Source of the DNA: Candidatus Krumholzibacteriia bacterium
GTDB lineage: Bacteria > Krumholzibacteriota > Krumholzibacteriia > WVZY01
DNA length: 26,114 nucleotides
Direction: 5' to 3'
NCBI GenBank assembly: GCA_046754105.1
Contig: JBHHVD010000043.1
Location: forward strand, 1 to 26,114
Below, in pieces: positions 9,001 to 19,100 of the stretch. The first letter of the stretch is position 1. Each line of letters begins with the position of its first letter. Under the pieces are notes generated by a model. That model made no database searches. It was given only the letters and a program-made list of their open reading frames with translations, and had not been told where the DNA came from. Both the position numbers and the translations under genes were made by a program.

Positions 9001-9170
9001 CCACATCGCAGTTGATGAGCGAGTTCTACAAGAAGATGTTCGGCAAAAAGCATCCTGCCGGCAGGGCGCTCAATGAAGCGCGCCTTGCGATGATAAAGAA
9101 GGGCGACTTCGCGCATCCGTTCTACTGGTCGCCGTTCATCGTTATAGGCACTGACCGCTCGCCGTGGTGA
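6018..9170 (+). CDS. Exported TPR-repeat CHAT-domain (caspase/separase-like) cysteine protease, 1050 aa
   Basis: GGAGG RBS at 6004-6008 before ATG 6018. Signal peptide ending VVAFS-Q, a long TPR array, then CHAT motifs AERAKARGLLD, LIIIPDGILFETPFE, HLATHG (His codon 8742), VLSACET (Cys codon 8883), SLWAVSD and HPFYWSPF. Confidence 0.92.
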   Translation: MPLLSMARRAFVLSLVVALLPVVAFSQDDPILTFINNAASVWSDGGDEPLSGYIAEHPILVGAAVAQLLDVAIEVGDAGNTKDEKENVEFAELVARLYKEKTGSAAPLDLVTAYQGWGSSERSRRAKAKNLEAQSNEARADGDLPKAEQLLLDAKSIYEAIGDRHSRAVVFGSLGVVYWYAGDFDGVIEHYESALQARREVEDRILEGKTLNGLGSAYRQKGDSKAAIDFYGQAVALRRETKDLGGLGTSLTYLGDLYQQVGRVLDARKCFEEALPILEASGKAALMVDILTAVANLNSDMKRQSAANESYRKAIEIAAATDQPLKEAASRINLGTNLRLEGSYNESLAELDAAEELLDRAPDTFLTASLYRERGLTHLAIGELDRAREDLLSCARLAQTFDNPVHHIEALINIGLLYQKLGAYDRGLKSAAKAKKLAGESELPRLVREADVLAAELEWLRGRPGESLAGWRRALERDRADGLKSLVVQDELGMANANALLGKNDEARKGFWSAYSTVSQLGSGGLESAVHLGIAHTYEKENPDSAVFHYERALAAIEKSRATLGSAAVRSGFLSGERRFFYEEVARYYASLDRDDKSGGWSGRAFETAERAKARGLLDLLEQSVLGQASEAENALLDSLYHMGDSGEAEKKEQLKKRYAALRDERLRNSIGDLAAGRVATIAEVQGALPKGTVLLEYALGDTSSLMWAVDGKGHSLYVLPDRKTIRVQVERLRDAIARPGAGDATLLKTARNLYSLLVAPAEDRLARNKNLIIIPDGILFETPFEVLLTGEPGGNPNWEKQPFLARRFDTIYAPSASVFLKLENAERKGTYSGELLALGDPDFSRLRAAAGSSTALAPLPHTRSEVLNISSRLKDDQKQVLLGDDASESLLKENLRARRPRVLHLATHGLINPLQPVSSSVALSRSDGSTEDGYLHTLEILSLPLDVGLVVLSACETARGKVGRGEGVVGLSRAFIASGAGGVVASLWAVSDESTSQLMSEFYKKMFGKKHPAGRALNEARLAMIKKGDFAHPFYWSPFIVIGTDRSPW

Positions 9171-9242
9171 GTGCAGCGGGGAGGAATTTGGGCTAAATCA
9201 ACGGGACTGCTATTGATAATCAGCGTGGGGGATGTTTCAGCC

Positions 9243-9611
9243 ATGGAGCCGATCAGCGAAATCCTCGCGATATCATTATTCATACTCTGTGTCGCCGCCC
9301 CGTTTTCCATGGCGATACAGGCGTTCCACCAGGGCCTCCTACGGCCCGGGCAGCAATCCTCGCACGTCGTTCGGGGATTGGTGCCGGGAATGAGTTCCAA
9401 CCGGAACGAAAGACACACCAGCATATCCACAACGGCCGGATTCGCGGCCGATCGACTTTACCAAGACGAGAAGGCTCGGGTGTTCGATGTCCTGCAACGT
9501 GGCGTCGTTGCCGGCAACGGTACTATCAAGGCCGTGCGGCAGCGGCATCCGGACAATCGGCCTTTTTCTAAATTGCTCTGCTACAGATTCTGCGCGGAGG
9601 AAATGATATGA
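9243..9611 (+). pseudogene. Degenerate 5'-partial duplicate of the 9608-10165 gene (open frame of 122 aa; pseudogene or divergent paralog)
   Basis: Ungapped alignment from the start codon: 32/92 identical residues and about 57% nucleotide identity by hand count. The exact 15-mer CGGGCAGCAATCCTC occurs at 9347-9361 and 9712-9726. Confidence 0.75.
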
Positions 9612-10165
9612 AATCAACGATACGAATTCTGGTCTTAGCGCTAATGACGGTCAGTGTCGGCACGCAGTCGTCGCTGGCAACCCAGGTGTTGTATCGCAGT
9701 CCGGAGGATCTCGGGCAGCAATCCTCACTCGTTGTCCAGGGCAAGGTGACGGGCGTGCGTTCCTTCTGGAATGACAAGCACACCAAGATCTTTACCGAGA
9801 CGGAGATTGCCGTCGATCAGTCCTACAAAGGGGACCGACCGCCGGCGATTCGTATCCTGCAGCTGGGCGGTGTGGTGGACAATGTGAAGGTCACGGTCGC
9901 CGGTGCGCTGCAATGGCGCACGAACGAGGAAGTGCTCCTATTCCTGGAACCGTACACGACCGGCACGTTCCAGGTGTCCGGGTTTTCCCAGGGCAAGTTC
10001 GAGATTGTTCGCGACCCGCGGACCAACCAGCCGTACGTCGAACGCCCGTCCCAGGACGGTGTGGAACTAGTGGGTGGGGCGACGCCGGAGGCGCTGAAGA
10101 GGGCCTCGCGCGTGGAGAAGATGCCGCTGGAACGCTTTATCAACCAGGCCCTGGGCCGCAAGTAA
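9608..10165 (+). CDS. Small exported protein resembling the domain associated with bacterial matrixins (putative TIMP/NTR-like OB fold)
   Basis: GGAGG RBS and a signal peptide ending SSLA-T. Pattern S-x-E-D-L...VVQGKVTGVRSFW...IFTETEIAVDQSYKG...QLGGVVD...VAG...EEVLLFL. The fold assignment is from recollection of the pattern. Confidence 0.75.
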   Translation: MKSTIRILVLALMTVSVGTQSSLATQVLYRSPEDLGQQSSLVVQGKVTGVRSFWNDKHTKIFTETEIAVDQSYKGDRPPAIRILQLGGVVDNVKVTVAGALQWRTNEEVLLFLEPYTTGTFQVSGFSQGKFEIVRDPRTNQPYVERPSQDGVELVGGATPEALKRASRVEKMPLERFINQALGRK

Positions 10166-10181
10166 GAAAGGAAGGATCACG

Positions 10182-13100
10182 ATGAAGTCTCGAACGAAAA
10201 GATTATTCGCGCTTCCCGGGATTCTCCTGGTTGTGGGAGCGCTTTCACTCACGTCGTTCCCGTCATGGGAGGACGCGGTCCTGGCGGCCGCTCCGGCGAA
10301 CCTCGCTGTGGTTTCCCTGTCCGGTCCGCCGACCGCGGCGCAGGGGAGCGACATCGCGGGCCAGGTAAGTCTCACCATTCGCAACAGCGGCGCAACCGAC
10401 ATTACGGGGGACTTTTACATAGGTTTTTACCTCTCGCCCGACGCGGCGATCACGACTGCGGACAGGCTGCTCGTTAAGGGCCGCAAGACGTTCGCGGGCC
10501 TCCCCGCCGGTGGGACGGCGGTCGTGCCCATCGACAGCCTGAGAATCCCGATGTCGACTCCGCTCGGCGGCAATTTTCTCGGCGTGATCGTGGATGAATA
10601 CGACCGCGTGGCGGAGAGCAACGAAGGTGACAACACCGCCTCGGGGCCGATAACGATCAGTACCACCCAACCGGATAGCATCGTATGGGTCCGCCAGTTC
10701 GGCACCACCCAGCAGGACCATGCCTCTGGGTTGTCCGCCGTCGACTCGACGGCCCTTTTTGTCGCCGGCAAGACGCTGGGCGTGCTGCCCGGCCAGGCCG
10801 GTGGCGGCGGCACCGATGCGTATCTCCGCAAGTACGACGCAAGCGGAGCCGAGGTCTGGACGCAGCAGTTCGGAACGGCGATGACCGATCGCGGCGCGGC
10901 GGTTGCGACCAACGCCTCGGCCGTCTACGTCGCCGGCGGGACCGACGGCTCCCTTCCGGGTTACACCAACGCCGGCGGGTTCGATGCGTTTGTGCGCAAG
11001 TACGACTTCAACGGCGTCGAGCTGTGGACGCGCCAGTTCGGTACGTCGGTCTCTGACGAAGCGACCGGCGTCGCACTGGATGCCACCGGTGTGTACGTCT
11101 CGGGTTTCACAACGGGTACGTTGCCGGGCGAGACGAGCGCGGGCGGCACCGACGCGTTTGTACGCAAGTACGCCCTCGACGGCACGGTGGTGTGGACGCG
11201 CCAGTACGGGACCCCGGGGATCGACGAGGCGTTCGCCGTATCGGTGGACGCAACGGGCATCTACGTGGTGGGTCGTACGGACGGTGTGCTCCCCGGCCAG
11301 AGTGGAGCGGGCGCGGGCGATGCCTACATTCGAAAGTATGACACGGACGGCAGCGAGCTGTGGACGAGGCAGTTCGGGTCCTCGGGAAGCGACGACGCCT
11401 TCGGTATCCATGCCGATGGGTCCGGGGCCTACATTGCCGGGAGGACTTCCGGCGTGCTGGCCGGACAGGTCGGAGCCGGTGGGACCGACGCGTTCGTGCG
11501 GCGCTACGACCTGGGCGGCAACGTGGTATGGACGCGGCAGTTTGGAACCTCCCTCGGTGATGAGGCCTGTGGAGTATCCGTTAGCGCGCAGGGCGTTTGC
11601 GTCAGCGGTTTTACCGCCGGCGGCCTCCCCGGGCACATCAGCGCCGGCAGCAACGATCCGTTCCTCGTCGTGTACGATATCGACGGAAACGAGATCCTGT
11701 CGCGGCAATTCGGGACCGCAAACGACGACCGCTCGCTGGCGATCGCCTCGTCGCCGCTGGGCGTCCATGTGGCCGGCTACACGTCCGGCACGCTGCCGGG
11801 GCAGGTGAGTGAGGGGTTGGACGACGCATTCACCGTGTTCGACGACGATGATGATGATGATGACGGCGACGAACGCAACCTCAAGGTGGTCGCCTTCGAC
11901 GGGCCGGCCAGCGTCTCTCGCGGCGATTCGATCGGCGACCGGGTCACGCTCTCGATCATCAACTCCGGACCCAAACGCATCAAGCGGGATTTCTCCGTCG
12001 GTTTGTACATCTCTCCGGATACCACTATCACGCTGGGGGATTTGTTTCTTACAGACGGCCGCGTGACCGTGCTCTCGCCAATGGAGCCGAACGAGGTCAG
12101 GGCCATCACCTTTCCAACCGGAACGGCTCTCCCCGACTCGGCGCCCACCGGCAACGTCTTTCTCGGCGTGGTGCTCGATGAATTCAACGACATCGAGGAG
12201 GAACACGCCGGTGCCGAGGATGACAACACGGCGCACGTGCCCGTTGCGGTGAACGCCGACACGGACGGCGACGGCGTGCTCGACGCCGACGACCTGTGTC
12301 CCACGGAAGACGCCTCGTTCTTCGACCGCGACGGCGACGGCTGCATAGACGATATCCAGAGCGCCCGTCACCTCGAGTACTGGCCGCCGGAGGACCTGCC
12401 GCTGCCGTACTTCGTGCACGAAAACGGGGCGCCGGGGATCGGCGACGGCAGCGACTTTGCCGCGCTGCAGGCCGGAATGGACGCGTGGTCGTCTATCCCG
12501 GGCGCCGATGTGTCGGCGAGTTTTCAAGGTACGACAACGCAGGTCGACGCGCAGGCCATGGACGGAATAAACCTGATCACGTTCGATGATCCGGACTTTA
12601 CGTTCCCGGCGGGGGTGCTGGCAGTGGGTATCTCGACGTCGTTCACTGTGCCGACGATGTTCGGCGGCACGCTGGCGCGGCCAGGGCAGATCGTCGACGC
12701 CGACGTGCTATTCAACCCCACGAAGAGCTTCAGGACGGCGACGGCAGGATCCGGCACCGATATTGAGAGCGTCACGACGCACGAAGCGGGGCACCTCTTC
12801 GGGATTTCGCACTCGGCGGTGCAGACTTCAACCATGTTCTTCGTCTTGCCGCCCGACGTGGGTGCGGCGACACTCGAGCCGGAGGACGAATCGATGATGC
12901 TCAAGTCGTATCCGAGCGCCTCGGCGCTGGCGACGATGAGCCGCTTGACCGGCACCGTCCGCGACGGCAGCGACCTGTCGCCGGTGCCGGGTGTGATCGT
13001 GTACGTGATCAGCGTGGCGACCGGAGATACGGTGGCGAACGATTACACGCTGCCGCCCACCGGTACGTTCGAGTTTCTCGGGATTCCGGACGGCGATTAC

Positions 13101-16100
13101 GACGTCGCCATCCATCCACTCAACGGCACTTCACCGATCGGGTTTATCGGCCCGCAGAACATCAACCAGTTGATTTTCGACCAGGCGGTCACGACGGTCG
13201 TTCCCGAGTTCTGGGACCTTGCCGAGTCCAAGAACGACGACCCGACGGCCAGCGACCCGGTGACGGTGCTCGCGGGCACGGCCACGCACGTTGATATCAT
13301 CACGAACGTGGACGAAACGGGGCCGGCGGTTACGCAGGCGTCCCCCGGCGACAGCGAGCTCGGCGTCTCGATCGACGCAGCCGTGCTGGTGTCGTTCTCC
13401 GAGGCGATCGAGAGCGGCAGCGTGCAGGGGAACTTCGCGCTGACCGACACGGCGGCCGGTCAGTTCATCCCGGGGAGCGCCGCGGTACTCGAGGACGACT
13501 CCACGCTGGCGTTTCTACCGTCGGGCAACCTCTCGTTCGACACGGTCTACGAGTTGGTGTTGGGTACCGGGCTGACCGATCAGTTTGGAAACCCGCTACA
13601 GGCACCTTTCGTCCTGCATTTCACGACCCAGAGCCAGCCGCCCGTAGGGATTACGAGCCTGGCGCCGACCCACGGCCCCGCGGGGACTCCGGTCACGATC
13701 AGCGGTTTCGGATTCGAGGCCACCCTTGCGGACAATATCGTGACGTTCGGGGGGGTCAGCGCGACGGTCCTGTCCGCGTCACCCAGCCAGCTGGTTTTCG
13801 AGGTTCCCGTGAATGCTGCGGTCGGCGGTACACTGGTGAGTGTTACCAACGTGCCGCAAGCGGCGACCAGCAACGAACTGGCGTACACCGTGCTGCCGGT
13901 CGACGACGTGGCCAAGGGATTCGAGGCGGCGGTGGTCAGCCTCGGCGCGTTGCCGCGGGCAGTGGACATCGTGCCCAACGGCAGCCGCACGTTCATCGCG
14001 ACCAACGCCGGTGCGTCGGTCGTCGTTGTCGACCCGGGTTTGACGAATTATTTGTCCCACACGCCGATCGGTATCCCCGGGGGACTGAACGCCATCGCGG
14101 CGACACCGAACGGAAAGTTTGCTTATGCGGTGAGCCGTCTCAACCAGAAGTTCTACCGCATCAACGCGGACCCGGCCAACGGGCCGCTGGCGGTGCTCGA
14201 TGAAAGGGGCGTCGGCGCAGTACCCCGCGGCCTGCTCATCGAGCCCACGGGCCGGCGCGCGTTTGTCACGACCGACGCGAGCGAAATCCAGGTCTGGGAC
14301 ATCAATGAAGGCAGTGCCACGTTCGATCGGCAGGTGGGAGCGATCGTCTCACCCCCGAACCTGCGGGCGAGGATGGCCACGAATCCGGCCGGCAACCTCT
14401 TGCTGGCGTTGAGTGGTGTCGGCAAGCTGCTGGTGTTCGATCTGGACCTCGACTCGCTCGTGGCCGAGGTCAATGTCGGACCGGATCCCAGGGACGTGGT
14501 CGTGGACCCGGCCGGGCAGCGCGCATACGTGACCGACGAGTTCGGTTTCGCGACGGTCGTCGGCCTGACCTCGTTCTCCGTCGTGACCGATATTCCGACC
14601 GGCGGCAACCTGCGTGGTGGCATGATTACGCCGTCGGGCAACTTTCTCTACGCCGCCAACCGCCAGCTCGACATCCTCGATGTGATCGATCTGAGGGAGG
14701 GATCGCCGACGTTTCGAACCGTGGCGGCCGACATCGCGCAGCGGGCGAACCCGGTTGACCTTACTCTATCGCCGGACGGTATCTTTGCCTTCTCCCTCTC
14801 GGAAGCCGAACAGGCCATGGTAGTGACCGGCATCGGCCTGGGACCGACGTTGCGGTCCCTGTCACGGCGAGCGGGGCCGGCGGGCGCACGATTGGTTTTG
14901 GCAGGAGAAGACTTTACGGGTGACGTGTCGACGACGGTGTCGTTCAACGGCACCATCGCCGTACCGGAACGCACGGCGGATTCGTCTCTGACGGTCGCCG
15001 TGCCGGCGGGCGCGGCCAGCGGGCCGGTCACCGTCAGGGTCACGAACTCCTCGCCGCCGGTAGAGGTGTCGAATGCGATATTCTTCGAGGTGCTGGAGCT
15101 GCCGACACCCGCCGGTGGCCTTCGCCTGGCGGCGAAGGCGCAGCCTGCAGGGGCCCCGCAGCTCTCGCGCGCTCTTGCCATTTCACCGGATGGTAGAATG
15201 GTCGCCGTCGGTGGCGACGCGGGGGAACTCTTCTTGCTCGACGCCGACGCGGCGAGTCCCACCTTCAACCGGTTCATCGGCAGCGCCGCACCGCTCTCTT
15301 CGCCGCTGGCCGACGTAGCCATAACACCCGACGGCAGGCGGGCGTTCCTGCTCTCAGAGGGCGAACCGTTCGTGCCCGTGGTCGACATCGACCGCAACAG
15401 CACGAGTTTCGCTTCGGTGGTCGACTCGGTCGACTTCAGCGGCGGCGGTTCCGTTATCGACAGGCTGCGGATCAGCCCCGACGGCTTCTTGCTGCTGGTT
15501 TCGGATCCCGGCATCACCGGCGTCCACGTCGTGGATATCCGGCCGGGGTCGCCGCAGGAGAACCAGATAATTGCCACGACGCCCGCCGCCGATGTGCCGC
15601 AGAACATCAACGGGATGATCGGCGAAATGGAATTCCACCCGGCAGGGGAGTTCGCGTACCTGGCGGTCCAGGACGACGACCCCGCGGCGATTCTGGTAAT
15701 GGACGTCGGCCTGGGGAGTCCAGCGTTCGGCACGATCGTCCATACCATGGGTCTTTCCCCCGGGGCACCGGTGCCGCAGGAGGTGCCTATTTCGCTGTCG
15801 TTTACGCCGGACGGATCGCGCTGCTTCGTCCTGACGACACAGCGTACCCTTTCCCCGAACCGTACCATGCTGACACTGCTGACCAGCGCCCCCGGGGGCG
15901 TGGTGAGCCCGGTGCTGGAGCTTACACAGCCGTTCCCGACGGCGTCCGCGGCGGCCGACGAGCACGTACACGTCTCCCCGCGCGGAGACAGGGCCGTGCT
16001 GAATGTTCTTGGCGACGGCTTTTCGCATCTGGACATCACGACCTCCCCGCTACTGACGGTGCTGGATCAGTCCGCCGGCGCGCTGCACCAGGGCGCGGTG

Positions 16101-19100
16101 GATTTCGACTACTCGCCCGAGGCGGCGCGCCTGTACGCGACCGGACCCGCACAAGACACGGTGTACGTCTATGATTTCACCCTGGCGCAGGAACTGGTCG
16201 AGGTGTCGGGAGATTCCCTCACGGGTGTGATCAACCAGACGCTGCCAGAGCCGCTGCGCGTAAAGGTCATCAACATGACATCCGGCAACCCGTCGGCGGG
16301 GGTCGCGGTCACATTCGATGTGTCCACCGGCGGTGGTTCATTTGCGACGGCGGACCCGGCCGTAAACCCCGCTACGCAAGTCGTCGTTACCGGTACGGAT
16401 GGAATCGCCGAGGTCAATTTCAGGCTGGGGCCGGTGGTTGGCGACGCGGCCCACAGCGTAGTGGCCTCCTCGCTCGGCCTCACCGGTTCGCCGATCACGT
16501 TTATCGCCAACGCGCTCAACGACCCCGACTCGCTGCCGCTCTCCGTGAGCGGCATCATCCCGGTGGACGGGCTGGCCGGCGTGAACATCACCACCGCAAT
16601 CCAGACGACGTTCAGCCGCTCGGTGGACACCTCAACGGTGGACACGTCGACGTACTTCCTGCGAGAAAGCGTGACACTGGCCCGGGTGCCCGCGATCGTG
16701 GGTTTCACCGACGAGAACCGCAAGCTCTCGCTGAGCCCGGACTCCGCGCTCGAGCCGGGCAAGACCTACAGCGTCGTGGTAACGACCGGTATCATATCGG
16801 CGCTCGGGGACGCGCTGTCCGCGGGGGCAACGGCGAGTTTTACGACCGTGCCGCCGCCGCCGCTGGCGCTGTCCGCGGTCAGCCCGCCCAGCGCGGCGGC
16901 CAAGGTGGGAATCGTGCTCTCCGGCACGAGCTTCGATCCCGTACCGGCCAACAACACGGTGCTGTTCGACGCCGTCCAGGGGGTCGTAACGGACGCCGGC
17001 TGCAACTTCGTCAACGTGAACGTTCCCCTTCTGGCTGCGACCGGCGACGTCCGTGTCGTGGTGGGCCCCGATACGTCCAACGCCCTGCCGTTTACCGTGC
17101 TGGCGCCGAGCCTGAGCCCGGCCGACGACGTGCTCGGCAGCGTCGGCACCGGTTCGTCGACCCGCAGCCTGGCCATCATACCCGACGGGTCGCTGGCGTA
17201 CGGGGTGAGCCCCGACCAGGGCACCGTGGTGCCCATCGATCTGGTCAGCCTCGCGTCGCTGCCCAGTATCGCCGTCGGCGACAATCCGTTCGCGATTATC
17301 ATCAATCCCGACGGCACCTTCGCCTACGTGGCCAATTTTCTTTCGGGGACGGTTTCCATCATCGACGTCGATCCGAACTCGCCGGGTTTCAACAGCGTGG
17401 CGGGGACGTTGGTCGTGGGCGCCAATCCCATCGATCTCCTGATCACCCCGGACGGCGATCGGGTCATCGTAGCCAACGCGGGATCGAGCGACCTCAGCGT
17501 GATCGACAGTAATAACTTGAGCGAAACGTTCCACTCGGTGCTGGCCACGGTGGGCAGGGGCACGAGCACTCGCAGCCTGTCCATCACCCCCGACGGCGGA
17601 CTGTTGTACGTCGGAACCGACACCGGTTACATCGTCCTCGATGCGCTTGATTTCGGCGTGCTGGCCTCGGTCGGCCGGGGCACTTCCACACGCAGCCTCT
17701 CGATCACGCCGGACGGGACACTGCTCGTCGTGCTGACGACCGAGGGTGACGTGGATATCGTGGACATCGTGCCGGGGAGCCCGTCGGAAAACCAGGTGCT
17801 GGCCTCGGTCGGCCGGGGCACGTCGACACGGAGCCTCTCCATCACGCCGGACGGGGCCTTCCTGTGGCTGGTGCAGGACGAGGCCGACGTGATCCTCGTC
17901 GTGGCGCTCGACATCGCCAACTCGGTGTCCGCACTCGATCCGAACACGGTCCTGACGCCGGCGACCCTCACCCCCGTCGATACGATCGCAACGGGCCCCG
18001 ACCCGGCGGAAGTGGCCTTCGATCCGTCCGGGACCGGAGTCGCCGTCGTCACCAACGCCGGCGACAATACGATGTCCATCCTCGGCGTGCTGGCCGATGT
18101 CTTCGTGCAGGCGAGGCCGTTTACACCGGCGGAGCCGCCGTTCCGGGACATCCGCGCCGCGATCGAGCTTCCGGCGAGCTTCAACCCCAACGATATCGAC
18201 CTCGGTACGTTGACCCTGAACGGGCTGGTGCCGGGCACGTCGAAGCCACCGTCCTTTACCGACGGCGACGAAGACGGCTTGACCGAGATCCACGTGGAAT
18301 TCGACCGCGTGCAGTACCAGAACGTCGTCGGCCAGGGAGACAGCGTCGAGGTGTTCGTAGGCGGTCTCGTAGGCGGCCAGGAGTTCAGCGGCACCGATTT
18401 CATCCGGACGTTCCGGCCCACGCTGATCTTTCCGAACGGCGAGCCGACGGACACGGTATTCGCCGGTGACATGGTGGACATTCTGTGGCAAGCGCCGTCG
18501 TTCTCGCCGATCGACGCCGTCGATTTCTGGTGGACGGGGAACGATGGGCGTACCTGGAACCCGATCGTGACCGCGGCTCCTCCCGGCACCGGGGCCCTGA
18601 CCTGGTACGTACCGGGCCAGCCGACCGATTCGGCCCGCGTGATGCTCGTGCTCTACACGAATAACGACGGGCTCGAGTCCATCGGGGCGGTCATGAGCGC
18701 GAACCTGTTCCGGATCCAGCACGGCACGGTGCCGGTGGCGCTGGGCAGCTTCGTGGCCGTCGCAGCGGACCGCGCCGCCGTTTTGAAATGGCGGACCCAC
18801 CTGGAGATCGACTTCGCCGGTTTCCACGTGCTGCGCTCCGACTACCGGGACTTCGGCTACGAGCGTGTCACGCCCGGCTTGATCCCGTCCTCCGGCAGGG
18901 AGACCGGGTCGAGCTACGAGTTCAGGGACACTACCGTGCGCCCGAGCCGGACGTACTATTACAAGCTCGAGGAAATCACCGGGCACGGCAAGGGGGAGAT
19001 CTTCGGGCCGTTCGAGTTCACGTACCGCGCGCCGTTTGCGCTCGATCAGAACTTTCCCAACCCGTTCAACCCGACGACGACGATCCGCTTTACCGTGGCC

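Noticed and set aside
6018..9170. Craspase / type III CRISPR-associated TPR-CHAT
   Set aside because: No CRISPR array, cas gene, Csx30-like gene or sigma factor was seen, and the protein has a signal peptide.
9243..9883. Diversity-generating retroelement template/variable repeat pair
   Set aside because: Mismatches involve all four bases rather than being adenine-specific, identity is only about 57%, the target is an N-terminus, and no reverse transcriptase is in the window.
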